DNA from: Phallusia mammillata
Taxonomy: Eukaryota
Length of the DNA stretch: 64,000 bases
NCBI GenBank assembly: GCA_965637545.1
Contig: OZ281495.1
Span: forward strand, 18,352,001-18,416,000
Direction of reading: 5' to 3'
Program-made: the position numbers and the translations under genes
Notes under the pieces: generated by a model
What the model was told of the DNA's origin: nothing
The model's database searches: none
Seen by the model: the letters and a program-made list of their open reading frames with translations, nothing else
Shown here: positions 1-9,800 of the stretch, in pieces
Layout: each line of letters begins with the position of its first letter
How positions within the stretch are numbered: the first letter of the stretch is position 1

Positions 1-960
1 AACAGCACGCAGTGATGCGTAACGCTTATTGACAATTTTCTTCATTATCATTTCGGCGAAGTTGTTCGAAAGGCTAATTGAGAAGAGTCCGGAGGGTGTT
101 TATAATTAGAGCAACGCGCTGGAATGCCAAGGCAGCGCGGTGGGTTGCATTTGAAACGAAGAAGAAAAACAATAAAATAAAAGACTGTTATAACTAAGTA
201 AAACAAAACCAAAGGTGAAACAAAAACAAAGAAGATGCATAACATACAGTTACGTAACAACAAACAAACGTAGTGCCTGTACAAACAACAAATGAACAAA
301 TATAATATTATTCGTAACATATCGGAAATGAATAGCGTATGACCGTATGTTGATGGAACAACAAATCAAAACAGTAACCAAACGGTGCAGTAAACCAATC
401 AATAATATTATGAAAAGCGAACAACATATAGTAACAAAACAATAAACGAAACGAGTGACAAAACAGTGCAATAAAGGAATTAGTAATATTATTCGTAACA
501 CATGCATAATGTGATAAATTGCGTTGATAGGTGCTTGCACTAGAGACAATGTGGCACAATACGCTTTTATTATGCCATCCAAACTTCTTTGCTGTGCATT
601 GCTCATCATATGCATTGCAAAAAATCGACATTGATTGATTGAAAGGGATGTATTGCTATCCTAAACAAACACATACCATTTAAAAGAGAAAATATTTTGC
701 ACAAAAGCTATTTCAGACTTAATAAAAGTTATAAGTGTATAATTTCCAATTCATAAAGTATATATTGCACAGAAGCCATTTTACATTCAATAAAAATGAT
801 AATTTACTGCTATTCATATTTCATAACCTAATTTGCATTACCTTCAGTTCAAACATCCCAAATGCATCAGTCTTTATCTTGTTCTGACCCGCAAAACGTA
901 TTTTTAAATCAAAACTGACAAAGAACTTTGAACCGTCGACAATAGTGAAGTTAAAGTCAC

Positions 961-1022
961 CACTTAGCAACCTAGACGTGACGTAACGACAACCCGCAGA
1001 CTTCCGCTGTTGTGATTGGCTG
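961..1022. promoter_or_regulatory. Compact promoter-like motif cluster
   Basis: ttagcaac (X-box-like half site), gtgacgtaa (CRE-like), acttccg (ETS), gattggc (reverse CCAAT) within 60 bp of locally higher GC; short motifs only, target gene unknown. Confidence 0.25.
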
Positions 1023-1625
1023 AAAAAAACCTGTTGTTCGAATTCGGAACCATTTTGCTATGTAAAATGTATATAATGTTTTTTTTTTGGATTAGCTTTC
1101 GTAAATAGTGCAAAAATGTTCGTTAAAGTGAAGAAGATTTAACAAAACATTGTCTATTTGTGATGCATGTAACTTTACTTAGTTTGGTTCAAGTCCTATA
1201 GCTCGTGACTAACGAAACATTAAATCAACCGATCTTTGCCTCTACAAAACAAAAGCCCCGCTACTAACTATTTCTGCTTTGTGCTAAATTAATGAAACGT
1301 TTCTGGAGTATCGTAAACTACAGCTTTGTTGCATTGGACGACACGACTATTTTCGGAACATTTAATAGGTCGGGTCGTTTTAAAGTTTGATAAAGTCTAC
1401 TGACTGTATATTCGGAGTGAGCCAAAACATTAGAGGAAGGTACGATGTATCACTAGATGGCGATGTATCACTAGAAGTATTAGACAAGCTTCGGTTTTGT
1501 CTGGGAAAAAAGGCAAAGGGTAAGAATAGTACACAATTCGTGAGTTTGACTACAAACTGTAGTGAAGATTTACATGCGCAAAGTCAAACAATTGCGAACC
1601 GAACTATGACAGGTTTAGAAAATTA

Positions 1626-3655
1626 CGGTGGTCCACAAGTGCAATTCAACAACTTTTTGGCAGACATTTATTTTTCAGTGCAAATATTTATTTTTCGATG
1701 CAAACATTTTATTTTCAGTGCAAACATTTATTTTTCGATGCAAACATTTATTTTTCAGTGCAAACATTTATTTTTCGATGCAAACATTTTGTTTAGTGCA
1801 AAATTTATTTTTCGATGCAAACATTTATTTTTTCAGTGCAAAAAATTTGTTTAGTGAAATTTTTTTTTTAGGAAACTTTTTTTGGTGTTCCATTGTGTCG
1901 AAAAGGGTGTGTCAAAATTTGTAAAATTGTGGAAACGTGATAAACCTGTACATTACACAGGCAATTGGTTGTAAACCTTGGCCACTAAACAATTGAGTAT
2001 TTTCTATGGTTAGTAAAAATTATAATAACAAGTATGTTGTGCATTTAAAGTTAAGATGAATTGTTTTTTTGCACTTGTCCACATTTACATTCTGTCTCTA
2101 GCCTACTCTCTGTACACCATGCCAAAGACCAAAACGCTGGAGTTGTTTGTCTTAGCCGCTGCACTGTAGGGCATGCAAAATGTTGTGTTGTTTTTAATTA
2201 AAGCTTGCTAATAGGCTTCATTGTCAAGCAATGTGCATCACACTTCCTATTATTGTTTAGTTTAAAATAAAGGTCCAATACTTCAACTACCCCTTGTGTT
2301 AACTTCTCAAAAAAATTAAATTGTCCGTCACATCGAACTATTTTGCTTTATAATGCCAAAGTGAAGTATTTTGCTATTTTGCTTCATATTGTCAAAGTGA
2401 AGTACCGACACATAGCCTATATTTAATTCAAATCCCGAAAATTCAATTAAAAAATCGCTTTTATTTGCGCCCTATTAGTAAGTAGTCCTTTAGAAACCTT
2501 CTTCCTCCCGGTTACGCCTAAACTGTACTCCCGCTTCGCTCCCACAGCCAGCTTAGCCCGCTCCCAATCTGTCCACATAGCCCTTACTTAGCCCGTGTTG
2601 ATTTTGTTAAGCGATTGGTTGACCTTGTTTAGCTCGCTAAGCCCAGACTTAACCCGCTTAAACTTAGCCCCTGTTCAATGAACTACGTCAGTGATTAAGT
2701 CATTTTTCCGTCGTGGCGTAACCCCTTTCTTTCGCAATGCACAGAATTAAGGATATGTTACAAATGTTTTGACTTTGGATTTATCACATGTGGATGTTCA
2801 TTCGTATTTTTGATTTCATCAACAATTTGCCACTCCGTCTTCGTGACACATTGGGGCCACCAAGTACCGAACCTACTTTATTTGATGTGATTAAGGCTGA
2901 ATTTATTGGCAACAATAAACTTTAACGATTCTGGAACTAAGAAGTTGATTTGCCGTTACCTATTTTTAGGATTCGGGATTTTACCTAATTTCATGGCCAT
3001 AGCAATTTGTGAAACGTGAGCACTGTCCGTATTAAGGTACGCATGGCCCATGTCTTAATATTTATGCCGTTTTTCTGATTTTTAGAAATTTATTACTATC
3101 CCTATAAATCCTGGACTTTAATTTAAGTGAGTTTTTTATCTGCGTTTATTTTGTGCAGGGGTCACCAGGTCCTAAGGGGTTACTTAGTGGGGACACAGGT
3201 CCTGAAGGTTACTTGAAGGGGGCCACGATCTACGAAAGGTTGAGAAACACCGCACTAAGCCATCGCTTAGCACACTTGGCCCGGGCAAAGCCTGATTAAG
3301 CGATGACTTAACAAACTAAGCAGGGTCTTAGTGAGCGAGGGCTAAGCCGGCGTGTAGTTTTTGACGGCATCCTTAAGCTCCGACTGTAGCTTGCACAACG
3401 CCTGTTATGTCATTTTGCAATTTTTGACACGCCGTGTAAGTCTTAGGTGATGGAGCCATAATTGTTTGCTTAAAAAAGGTTGCATCGAAAAATAAATTTT
3501 GCACTAAAATATAAATGTTTGCACTGAAATAAAAATGTTTGCACTGAAAAATAAATGTTGCACTGAAAAATAAATGTTTGCATCGAAAAATAAATGTTTG
3601 CACTGAAAAATAAATGTCTGCCAAAAAGTTGTTGAATTGCACTTGTGGGCCACCG
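1626..3655. mobile_element. Foldback/MULE-like element with long inverted arms built of 20-bp tandem subrepeats
   Basis: 1626 cggtggtccacaagtgcaattcaacaactttttggcagac... is the reverse complement of ...gtctgccaaaaagttgttgaattgcacttgtgggccaccg 3655. Arms are about 1626-1930 and 3410-3655. Flanks tagaaaatta / tagaaaataa look like a TSD. Confidence 0.65.
1661..1860 (+). repeat. 20-bp minisatellite (tgcaaacatttatttttc-ag/-ga), inverted copy at about 3479-3620
   Basis: About 10 units; 1661-1780 alternates strictly between ...cagtg and ...cgatg (40-bp dimer). Confidence 0.9.
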
Positions 3656-3739
3656 TAGAAAATAATTCCGAACCGAAATTGACATGCGAGTAAATTTTAA
3701 AACAAAAGATGGCACGGCGGCATATGTTCTAGTATAGTT

Positions 3740-4204
3740 CAGGGGTGCACAACTTGCGGCCGCAGAGACGATTTTATGCGCCCGTTGACTTGTATATCAA
3801 AATACGTGCCGTGACGTGAATAAAACTCTTGCCAATTCAATGAATTTCGAAACAGACCTAATAAGATTTTGTGAGACGGGAACAAGTAAAGTCAGCCTAA
3901 AAGGCATATGCGTTAGATGTTTTGTGTGCAAACAATGAGAAAAAGCAGGAGCCGCAAGCGTTACAATATATGTGATGACGTCATAAACAGTTAACACTAA
4001 TCGCTATGTAAACCGTTCTGCCTAATTTATGCATAAAGTTAGAAATTTAATTGAACTTTCAGGCGCAATTAGATGGTATCTATATATATGAGATAAATCA
4101 TTTTCTTTACAAGTAATATTCAAAAACGAGCAAACGCTTGGCGGTCATTAGTGAAATAAGTATCTGCGATGAGGCCGTCATAGCGAAAAGGTTGTGCACC
4201 CCTG
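3740..4204. mobile_element. hAT-type MITE family A, copy 1
   Basis: Perfect 14-bp TIR caggggtgcacaac / gttgtgcacccctg; imperfect 8-bp flanks gtatagtt / ttctagtt. Confidence 0.75.
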
Positions 4205-4228
4205 TTCTAGTTGAACCATGGCTTACGG

Positions 4229-4659
4229 CAGGAGTGCAGAACTTGTGGCGGCAGGGACGAAATTATGCGGCCGTGAACATGTAAACTTAACAACCCTTTG
4301 AATAGTTTATGTGGGGCTGGAGAAAATATTAACAGCCCAGAAGCCATATGCGTCAGACTTTTTGTAAGCCTATTATAAGCAAACAAAGCGAAAAAGCAGG
4401 CACCATAAGCGTCACAATATAGATGATAACGTCATATGCAGTTAAGACCGATCGTCAGACTGTTCAAATCAAGCTGCACATCAGGTTATAAATTAATCTG
4501 GGCTGATCAGTTGTCATTAGATGGTATATATACATATTTGAGACAAACCCGTTTCTTTACATCAATAATTTATAAACAAAACCAAGAACACACTGGCGGC
4601 CGTTGGTGAAATAAGAACTTACAATGCGGCCGTCATAACAAAATGGTTGTGCACCCCTG
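4229..4659. mobile_element. hAT-type MITE family A, copy 2 (tandem neighbour, diverged)
   Basis: caggagtgcagaac ... ggttgtgcacccctg; internal sequence collinear with 3740-4204. Confidence 0.7.
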
Positions 4660-5157
4660 GCCAAATGTATAGTGATCAAACTGTCAAAAATTCGCCATGA
4701 AAAATTGCAATAAATTTTAAGCTCGGTCGGGTTTAGGCCCGGTATTTTTATTTAAAACTAAGGCCTGAAATCTTTCCACTAATATGCGCGCTCGTATATT
4801 TAGGTCTTTTCAAAATGTGCGGTTTTTCAGGCTTGTTTTCTCGTTTTGGGGTTGAAAATAAACGATGCGATTACAACGTTATTATGAAGGTTCTGAGACA
4901 CCATACGACGACCGACAGTGGCGTGGTACCAGATGTTCTACTATTTCTTGCTTTGTGAAAAAGGTTTTCGGTGCGTTAATTGACTTCCTCATTTAACAGA
5001 ATGGTGCCATTTTCGCGCAATGGTTTTAAACCGGCCACGAAAAAACAAACTAATGTTATGCCTGTATAATATTTGTCAAAGTATGCACGTATATTGTGTG
5101 TACGTAACATACCATTCAAAAGTATTACGAAACAGACGAAAATGAGTCCGCGTAACT

Positions 5158-6081
5158 CAGTGCTCCGCAACCTTTTTTCACGCACGTCGCACCATACAAG
5201 CTTTCAATGTTCGGCGGCACACCCGAACCAAAAATGCGATTTGAAATATTTCGAAAGATTAAAAAAAGCATTAAGCCCGGGGTCTTAAACTTTTTTGGGG
5301 CCAAAAACATTTTTACGTTAATAATGGGCCGTACTATTGGAACTTTTTTGTAAAAGTAATATGAACAAAAGTATTATGTGCTTAAAAATGTTGTGCGTTT
5401 ATGCCATTTCATGTACATCAAACATTTGTAATGCAAGAAACAGATATACAGTGTAGCAAACTAAAAAACAAGTGCAATAAACTGCTATGTGTGAAAACAA
5501 TGCCATACAATGACGAAACAACTGAAAAATATGATGCAACAATTGAAATTGCTGACTTTCAACAGGAGGGACTATTTCCATCATACGACTAAAACGTCGC
5601 ATTTATTTCTAGCTATTACTAATAAAGAATGATCGTTTCTTTAAATCAGTGGTCTGACAGGGTATTCTACCTGAGGTAAACACCTAAAATTTAAAAGTTT
5701 TTTTTTTGTTTTTTTCACGGTGTTCGAACCCAGGAACCTCCCGGGGACGAATCCCGATCAGGGTTTTTTATGTCTGTATATGGGTCAGGCGCGCCAGACC
5801 ATTCGGCCAAGTTCCTGCCCTAAAATTTAAAAGTTTTTTTTTTTTTCTTCACGGGGTTCGAACCCAGGACTCTCCCGGGGACGAATCCCGATCAGGTTTT
5901 TTTTTATGTCTGTATGTGCGTCAGGCGCGCCGGACCATTCGGCCTTCTAAGTTCCTGCCCTAAAATTTACTAAGTTCCTGCCCTAAAATTTAAAAGTTAG
6001 TTCGCGGGCCACACCGGCGGCACACCCAGCATCGTCTTGCGGCACACCAGTTTGCCGCGGCACACCGGTTGCGGAGCACTG
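5158..6081. mobile_element. hAT-type MITE containing a tandem SINE-like insert
   Basis: Perfect 15-bp TIR cagtgctccgcaacc / ggttgcggagcactg; flanks gcgtaact / gccgaact (6/8). Confidence 0.7.
5683..5997 (-). mobile_element. Two head-to-tail tRNA-derived SINE-like units (period about 136-140 bp)
   Basis: Minus strand reads ggccgaatgg (A box) ... gggttcgaac(a/c)cc (B box) then an A-rich tail; spacer motif cctaaaatttaaaagtt is repeated; homologous to 55832-55969. Confidence 0.65.
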
Positions 6082-6196
6082 GCCGAACTAAATGTTTGAA
6101 AAGGCATAGACTAAAATTGAAAATGAATTCTTCTTAGCGATAAAAAATTATTTTCAATTTTAGATTCTAAACTAAATGAATTTTAGCAGTTTTGGG

Positions 6197-6325
6197 ATGG
6201 TAAATCAATGCAGGCTTTTATAGCAATCTATAAGTTCTAGTCCTTCAGCTTTTTTTGTTTATAAGCGTACTTACCAACGAGCTCACATGCTCATGTCAAC
6301 TTTGCGACATGTGCCAAGAAGCTCG
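6197..6325 (+). CDS. Candidate start/signal-peptide exons (ATG 6197-6199 | 6249-6325)
   Basis: ttttagcag|ttttgggATG|gtaaat, a 49-nt intron ending ccttcag, then LFLFISVLTNELTCSCQLCDMCQEAR ending cg|gttaat in phase 2, which fits the phase-2 acceptor at 6415. An alternative acceptor at 6356 also exists, so this is only one possible model. Confidence 0.3.
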
Positions 6326-6415
6326 GTTAATGTTGTTAAGTCCAAAATGTTTTTAGGTGTGCATCTTTCCTTTCAATTGTGGAAGATTTCCCGATTTGTG
6401 TGGACAAAACTACAG

Positions 6416-6839
6416 ATTTCAAGTAAAGACAAAAAGTCCACAAAGGGGAGTGGAACATGGTCAAGTTCTTCTGCCGTGTTCTTTTCGAAGACCCAAAACA
6501 AAACTTCCTTTTTATTCTAAGCGTGTTGAGTGGCATAAAATTAACAAACAACAAATCCGAACAAAAGTTTTAAGAAAAGAATGGATTATCGATCAAAGTT
6601 TTGGTTCATACAGGTAAGATTGTATTACACAAGCCGACGTAGTTTTTGCTTAGATTACCTTTGACAACAAATAAATGTTGTCAATATTTGCGAATTAAGG
6701 AACCGTGTATCCTTATCACCCAAAGAGGGAAATGCTTCGTTGGTTATTGAACGGTTAAAACTTTCCGATTCTGGTACATATGTCTGCGAAGTTAGGGTTG
6801 GAGTTCAAAGAAGCAGCGGTCTTGTGGTCCTGAATGTCG
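6416..6839 (+). CDS. Ig V-set domain, exons 6416-6613 and 6700-6839 (86-nt phase-2 intron)
   Basis: Spliced: GQVLLPCSF...RVEWHK...SYR|NRVSLSPKEGNASLVIERLKLSDSGTYVCEVRVGVQRSSGLVVLNV. Shows B-strand Cys, C-strand Trp and the D-x-G-x-Y-x-C motif. Donor cag|gtaag 6614, acceptor taag 6699, donor g|gtcagt 6840. Confidence 0.9.
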
Positions 6840-9800
6840 GTCAGTGGTTTTGTTGTGTGTTTTGTTTACAAGATGTACTCCATATTTGTATTATGAAATA
6901 CCCATTTGCTCACTAAAACGCTTTATCTGTGCTCCAATTTTGAACAAAATTACATATTCAATTTACTACGAGTTTGTGTTTAAAACAAGTCTTAATACTG
7001 TTAGAAATAATTTTGTTTTTGCGATTTGTAGGAAAATTTGAGAAAACAATTGCACACACAACAACGCAACGTCAAGTAAAATTGTGGAAAAACGTTACCA
7101 TCGATCATATCCTATCTACTGTTACTCCTTCAACGATAAAAAGCAGAGTAATATCCACTTCAGTCAAAAGATTTACATTTACCTTAACAGATAAATTGTC
7201 TTCGTTACTTCATTCCGACAATGTCCATGCAACTACTGGACAAACCTACAAGTTAATGACATTGACCTCATTAGGTTCATTATCATTTGTTTCAACCCAA
7301 CAAATGACCACTACAACACACACAAAAACGAGTTTAGAATTTACTTTGGACGAGTGTTCAAAAATTGTAGATCCAAATCTTTTGAGCAAATTAGTGTACA
7401 AACATGGAGAAAAAATCAAACTTCAAGGTTGTAAAGTAGTATACTTTTCAACAACAAAATCTATTCACCCCTCGTGGCTTTCCACAATACGTTCGTATGA
7501 TGAAACTACAGTATTGGTAATCACGGATTCGTTATGTCTACTTGGATCTATTCCATGTACTGTGTCGAGAAATATGAAACAAACACTTAGAAGTAGGACA
7601 GAAAGTGAAGAAATTATATCAACCTCAGTACAATTCCTTGATATTGGAAAGATGTTCACACATGAAGCTGTTTCTAAAACTGGTGATATACCTCAATCGT
7701 ATTCGGGTAAAGCAGAGAGCCAGCCAATAAACAACTTCGTGCTTTTTGGAACAAACCAGGAAGTATCTGCTGGGCCAGGTTCATTCTCTACTGATATGTT
7801 AGTACATAAGTCCAAAGCTGCATTTCATCTTGGTACATTTACAGAATATAAATTATCACAACACGTAACAATGAAAACAGCAGCCTACCAAACGCAATTG
7901 AATGATAAAAAATCGCTGATGACAATGGAAGCAATGACTTTACAAACGAGCATTGTAATACAAAATCAAACCCAACCAACGATAGTGACTGTACAGCAAA
8001 CAACTGGTAAAACAACAAAATACTTTTCTTCTACATTATCAGCTTCTGCTTCTGATAAAGTACTGATTTCTTATGCGATTTCTGATTTTAACGTTGTAAC
8101 TATAAATCCAGTTGTCACAATAATTGAATATTTTTCAAGTTTGTCTTTTGTCACAAAACCTATTTTACAGGAAACACTGCAATCAACTCACGAAAACAAG
8201 CCATTTGTCTCAAGTTTTCTCAGCATTACTCAAGAACGCATTAAAAGCTCCAATGTCATTGGCGATATTCTTACACTTCAGTCACTTACCAAAACGTTAA
8301 AAATGCGCTCATCTATTGGAAGCAAATTAGTTGCAACAATTAGTAATTATAATTATCGAAACACTACGCATGACTTTTTTTCATTTCCTACTGAGGCCAT
8401 GGAAGTAGTTTCTGACAACAAAATATCTACTACTTGGTCCGGCCGATCCATTTTGGCTCAAACGACTGCTTACAGATTTAAAGTTTCCCCCCAAACAATA
8501 CCGACGCAAATATTAGGAAATGGAAGTTTAGTTGGTGAATCCTTAGCTCCGCAATCAGTACATCATACGAAAGCAGAAACATCAACAAACACCAAGAAAG
8601 TCGTCCAAAGTTCAAGAAATAACTTCTCTGTCAATTTGTCACAAAAAGAAGAGCATTCCACTGAAACCAAGACACAATTTTGGATTTCAAATATTGCAGA
8701 TGACTCACTTTCAACTAAAGATGGAATAAAAACACATGATCTCTCAACTTCTGTGATCTTTTTTATTCCACAAACCAATGCAGTATTTCCGACGGCTTAT
8801 CCACCTTCATTCAGTCAGTATATCGGAGACGATCCAACAACTCTACACACTCCGTCACCGATAACACGTTTTGATACATATAAACATGCCGGAAACAACT
8901 TTAAAACTTCGGTTATTTCTTTTTCCCAGTTCATGTCAAACACCACGAAGATCTACAAGGTTGCTCATTCCAGTAACAACATGCAGAGAAAAAGTTTAAC
9001 AAAAATAATCCCAATAGATTCACGTGCCTCTCGCGCGACGGAACAGCCAAAAGCGAAAACGTTAACAACTGTTGAAAACTATTGGCAAATTACAAAAAAT
9101 CCTAAAACAATCATATCAAAAGAAGATTCAGATGCCACAGAGATTGCAAAAACGTTTTTGAACAAAAAAACTCTAAAAAATCTTTTAGCCACCGGAAGTG
9201 AATCGATTTTTGGGAACAACACCATAACAACTGAGCCACTAAAAGCAAAAACAGACAGCAAAACGTTTTTCATTTCACCCTCTTATCGGTACAGCAGTAC
9301 CAATAAACCATCACCATTAACCAGTAAAAGTTCAGCAGAAACAAGAACTGAAAACATCACTATCATATCGCTATTTCAAAAACGAAGAAAACCTGTTGTG
9401 CCTTCCGCATTAACGACGGAAGATATCACATCATTCAGTTCTCGAAAAGCATCAACATCCAAATCTGAAACAACAAAAATTATAACAACTGTTGAAGGAT
9501 CAACAGTAAATCCGACCAAACCCATTTCACTTATCGAATCGTCGGCATTCGAAACAACTAAAGAAATTATCTCACAAATTTTACCAACCATCACCACAAA
9601 GAAACGTGATGAAATTTTAAAAACATCTTATTCCATAAACATTACTTTAACAAAAGAAATTACTGCCACGACGAAAAAACTCCCTGGATTGTTCAAAACA
9701 AAATATTTCGAAGAAGCATTAACCACCGGAAGCGGATTGGCTGTTGATGACATTTCCACATCTGTTGGAACTGCAGCTTCAACCTCAGAAGATATTAAAG

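Noticed and set aside
48-631. Three hydrophobic minus-strand ORFs
   Set aside because: They result from strong A/T strand asymmetry (T-rich minus strand); overlapping frames and no recognisable domain.
1387-3715. ORFs 1387-1854, 1628-1924, 3373-3642 and 3470-3715
   Set aside because: They are translations of the stop-poor 20-bp minisatellite and its inverted copy.
5716-5960. Functional tRNA genes
   Set aside because: A and B boxes are present, but there is no acceptor stem or cloverleaf and the spacing is expanded by A/T runs; treated as SINE-like.
6249-6415. Link or fibronectin type II module upstream of the Ig domain (CIFPFNCGRFPDLCG)
   Set aside because: Only a superficial CxFPF / CG resemblance; Cys spacing and conserved Trp/Tyr motifs are missing in all frames.
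6974-7031. TTG start of the 12,270-aa ORF with a signal-like N-terminus (MCLKQVLILLEIILFLRFV)
   Set aside because: The segment lies in intron 6840-7031; its hydrophobicity comes from the T-rich acceptor region, and a phase-matched Ig exon lies upstream.
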